Positions 31,699 to 32,000 of a stretch of DNA of 32,000 bases are shown piece by piece. The notes below the pieces were generated by a model. That model was not told where the DNA came from. It worked only from the letters and a program-made list of their open reading frames with translations, and did no database searches. The stretch's first letter is position 1. Every line of letters begins with the position of its first letter. Position numbers and translations under genes: made by a program. The DNA comes from an uncultured Acidobacteriota bacterium (lineage in GTDB: Bacteria; Acidobacteriota; Blastocatellia; Pyrinomonadales; Pyrinomonadaceae). The stretch covers positions 636,501 to 668,500 of the forward strand of contig OY970060.1 of assembly GCA_963705225.1 (NCBI GenBank), written 5' to 3'.

Positions 31699-32000
31699 TC
31701 GATCCGCAAATTTTAAACTGACCCACTACCGAACAACCCTATTTATTGACTTTCGCATCAAAGGTATTTAAGATGAAGGTTCTTTTTACCCGGGCTATTG
31801 GGGGATAACAACTTATGAGTTTGATCAAAGTAGTACTGGTTACGGTAGCTTTTATTTTGAGCCTGTTGCTGTTCGGCCGCTTTTTCTTCTAAGAGACGGC
31901 ATTCAGGTTTTCCCTTACGGAGCCGGTGCTCGTACCGCCTGTTTTGCCTCGCCGCCTCTCGCATCTGTAATTCCGCCTTTTAATCTGATCGGATTTAATG

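Noticed and set aside
31815-31892. The mini-ORF as KdpF or another named small subunit.
   Set aside because: It lacks the C-terminal YL.YAL..PE.F-type signature I recall for KdpF. The downstream gene lies outside the window, so no name can be supported.
31758-31964. 68-aa ORF on the minus strand at the right edge.
   Set aside because: Its composition is basic and low-complexity, and it has no SD. It overlaps a better-supported promoter plus mini-ORF arrangement on the plus strand, which is itself only low confidence.

Overview
This 32-kb chromosomal window most likely comes from an Acidobacteriota-like bacterium. That assignment is an inference from three things: an acidobacterial-type VWFA-related gene at the left edge, CarboxypepD_reg-type secreted proteins, and an unusually dense load of GC-rich REP-like hairpins in almost every intergenic region. 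I support about 30 CDSs. They include a MATE efflux pump, an S9 peptidase, a UDP-glucuronate decarboxylase, a second SDR epimerase/dehydratase, a class C acid phosphatase and a TspO-like protein. They also include SYLF, Smr, SH3b-lipoprotein and M61-like peptidase genes, a Crp/Fnr regulator, a CheY-like receiver, and many small secreted or membrane hypotheticals. I saw no rRNA, tRNA or CRISPR array. The most interesting region is 3.1-10.9 kb, which holds two visibly AT-richer orphan genes. One is a 1036-aa NACHT/STAND NTPase with an unassigned ~290-aa N-terminal helical domain and a C-terminal pentapeptide-repeat domain. The other is a 744-aa protein with a novel N-terminal half and a C-terminal half carrying a nitrilase-superfamily-like Glu-Lys-Cys signature. 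They bracket a GC-normal membrane-protein/ArsR-type regulator pair. About 100 bp of imperfect direct repeat encloses the NACHT-to-regulator block (3781-8452) but not the 744-aa gene; the repeat consists of a relic copy of the regulator's last 16 codons (15 residues plus stop) plus a REP. I consider these two genes the best candidates for an undescribed conflict or defence system, but function cannot be proven from sequence alone. Other notable items:
- A 254/210-bp tandem non-coding duplication lies upstream of the MATE gene and contains 11-bp-periodic direct repeats.
- An intact rve-type IS has a perfect 19-bp flanking duplication and a doubled left end.
- A decayed Y1-transposase relic sits between perfect 28-bp inverted repeats.
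- A (TAATCAY)x13 microsatellite lies upstream of the Smr gene.
- A LemA-like module is inserted in the S9 peptidase propeller.
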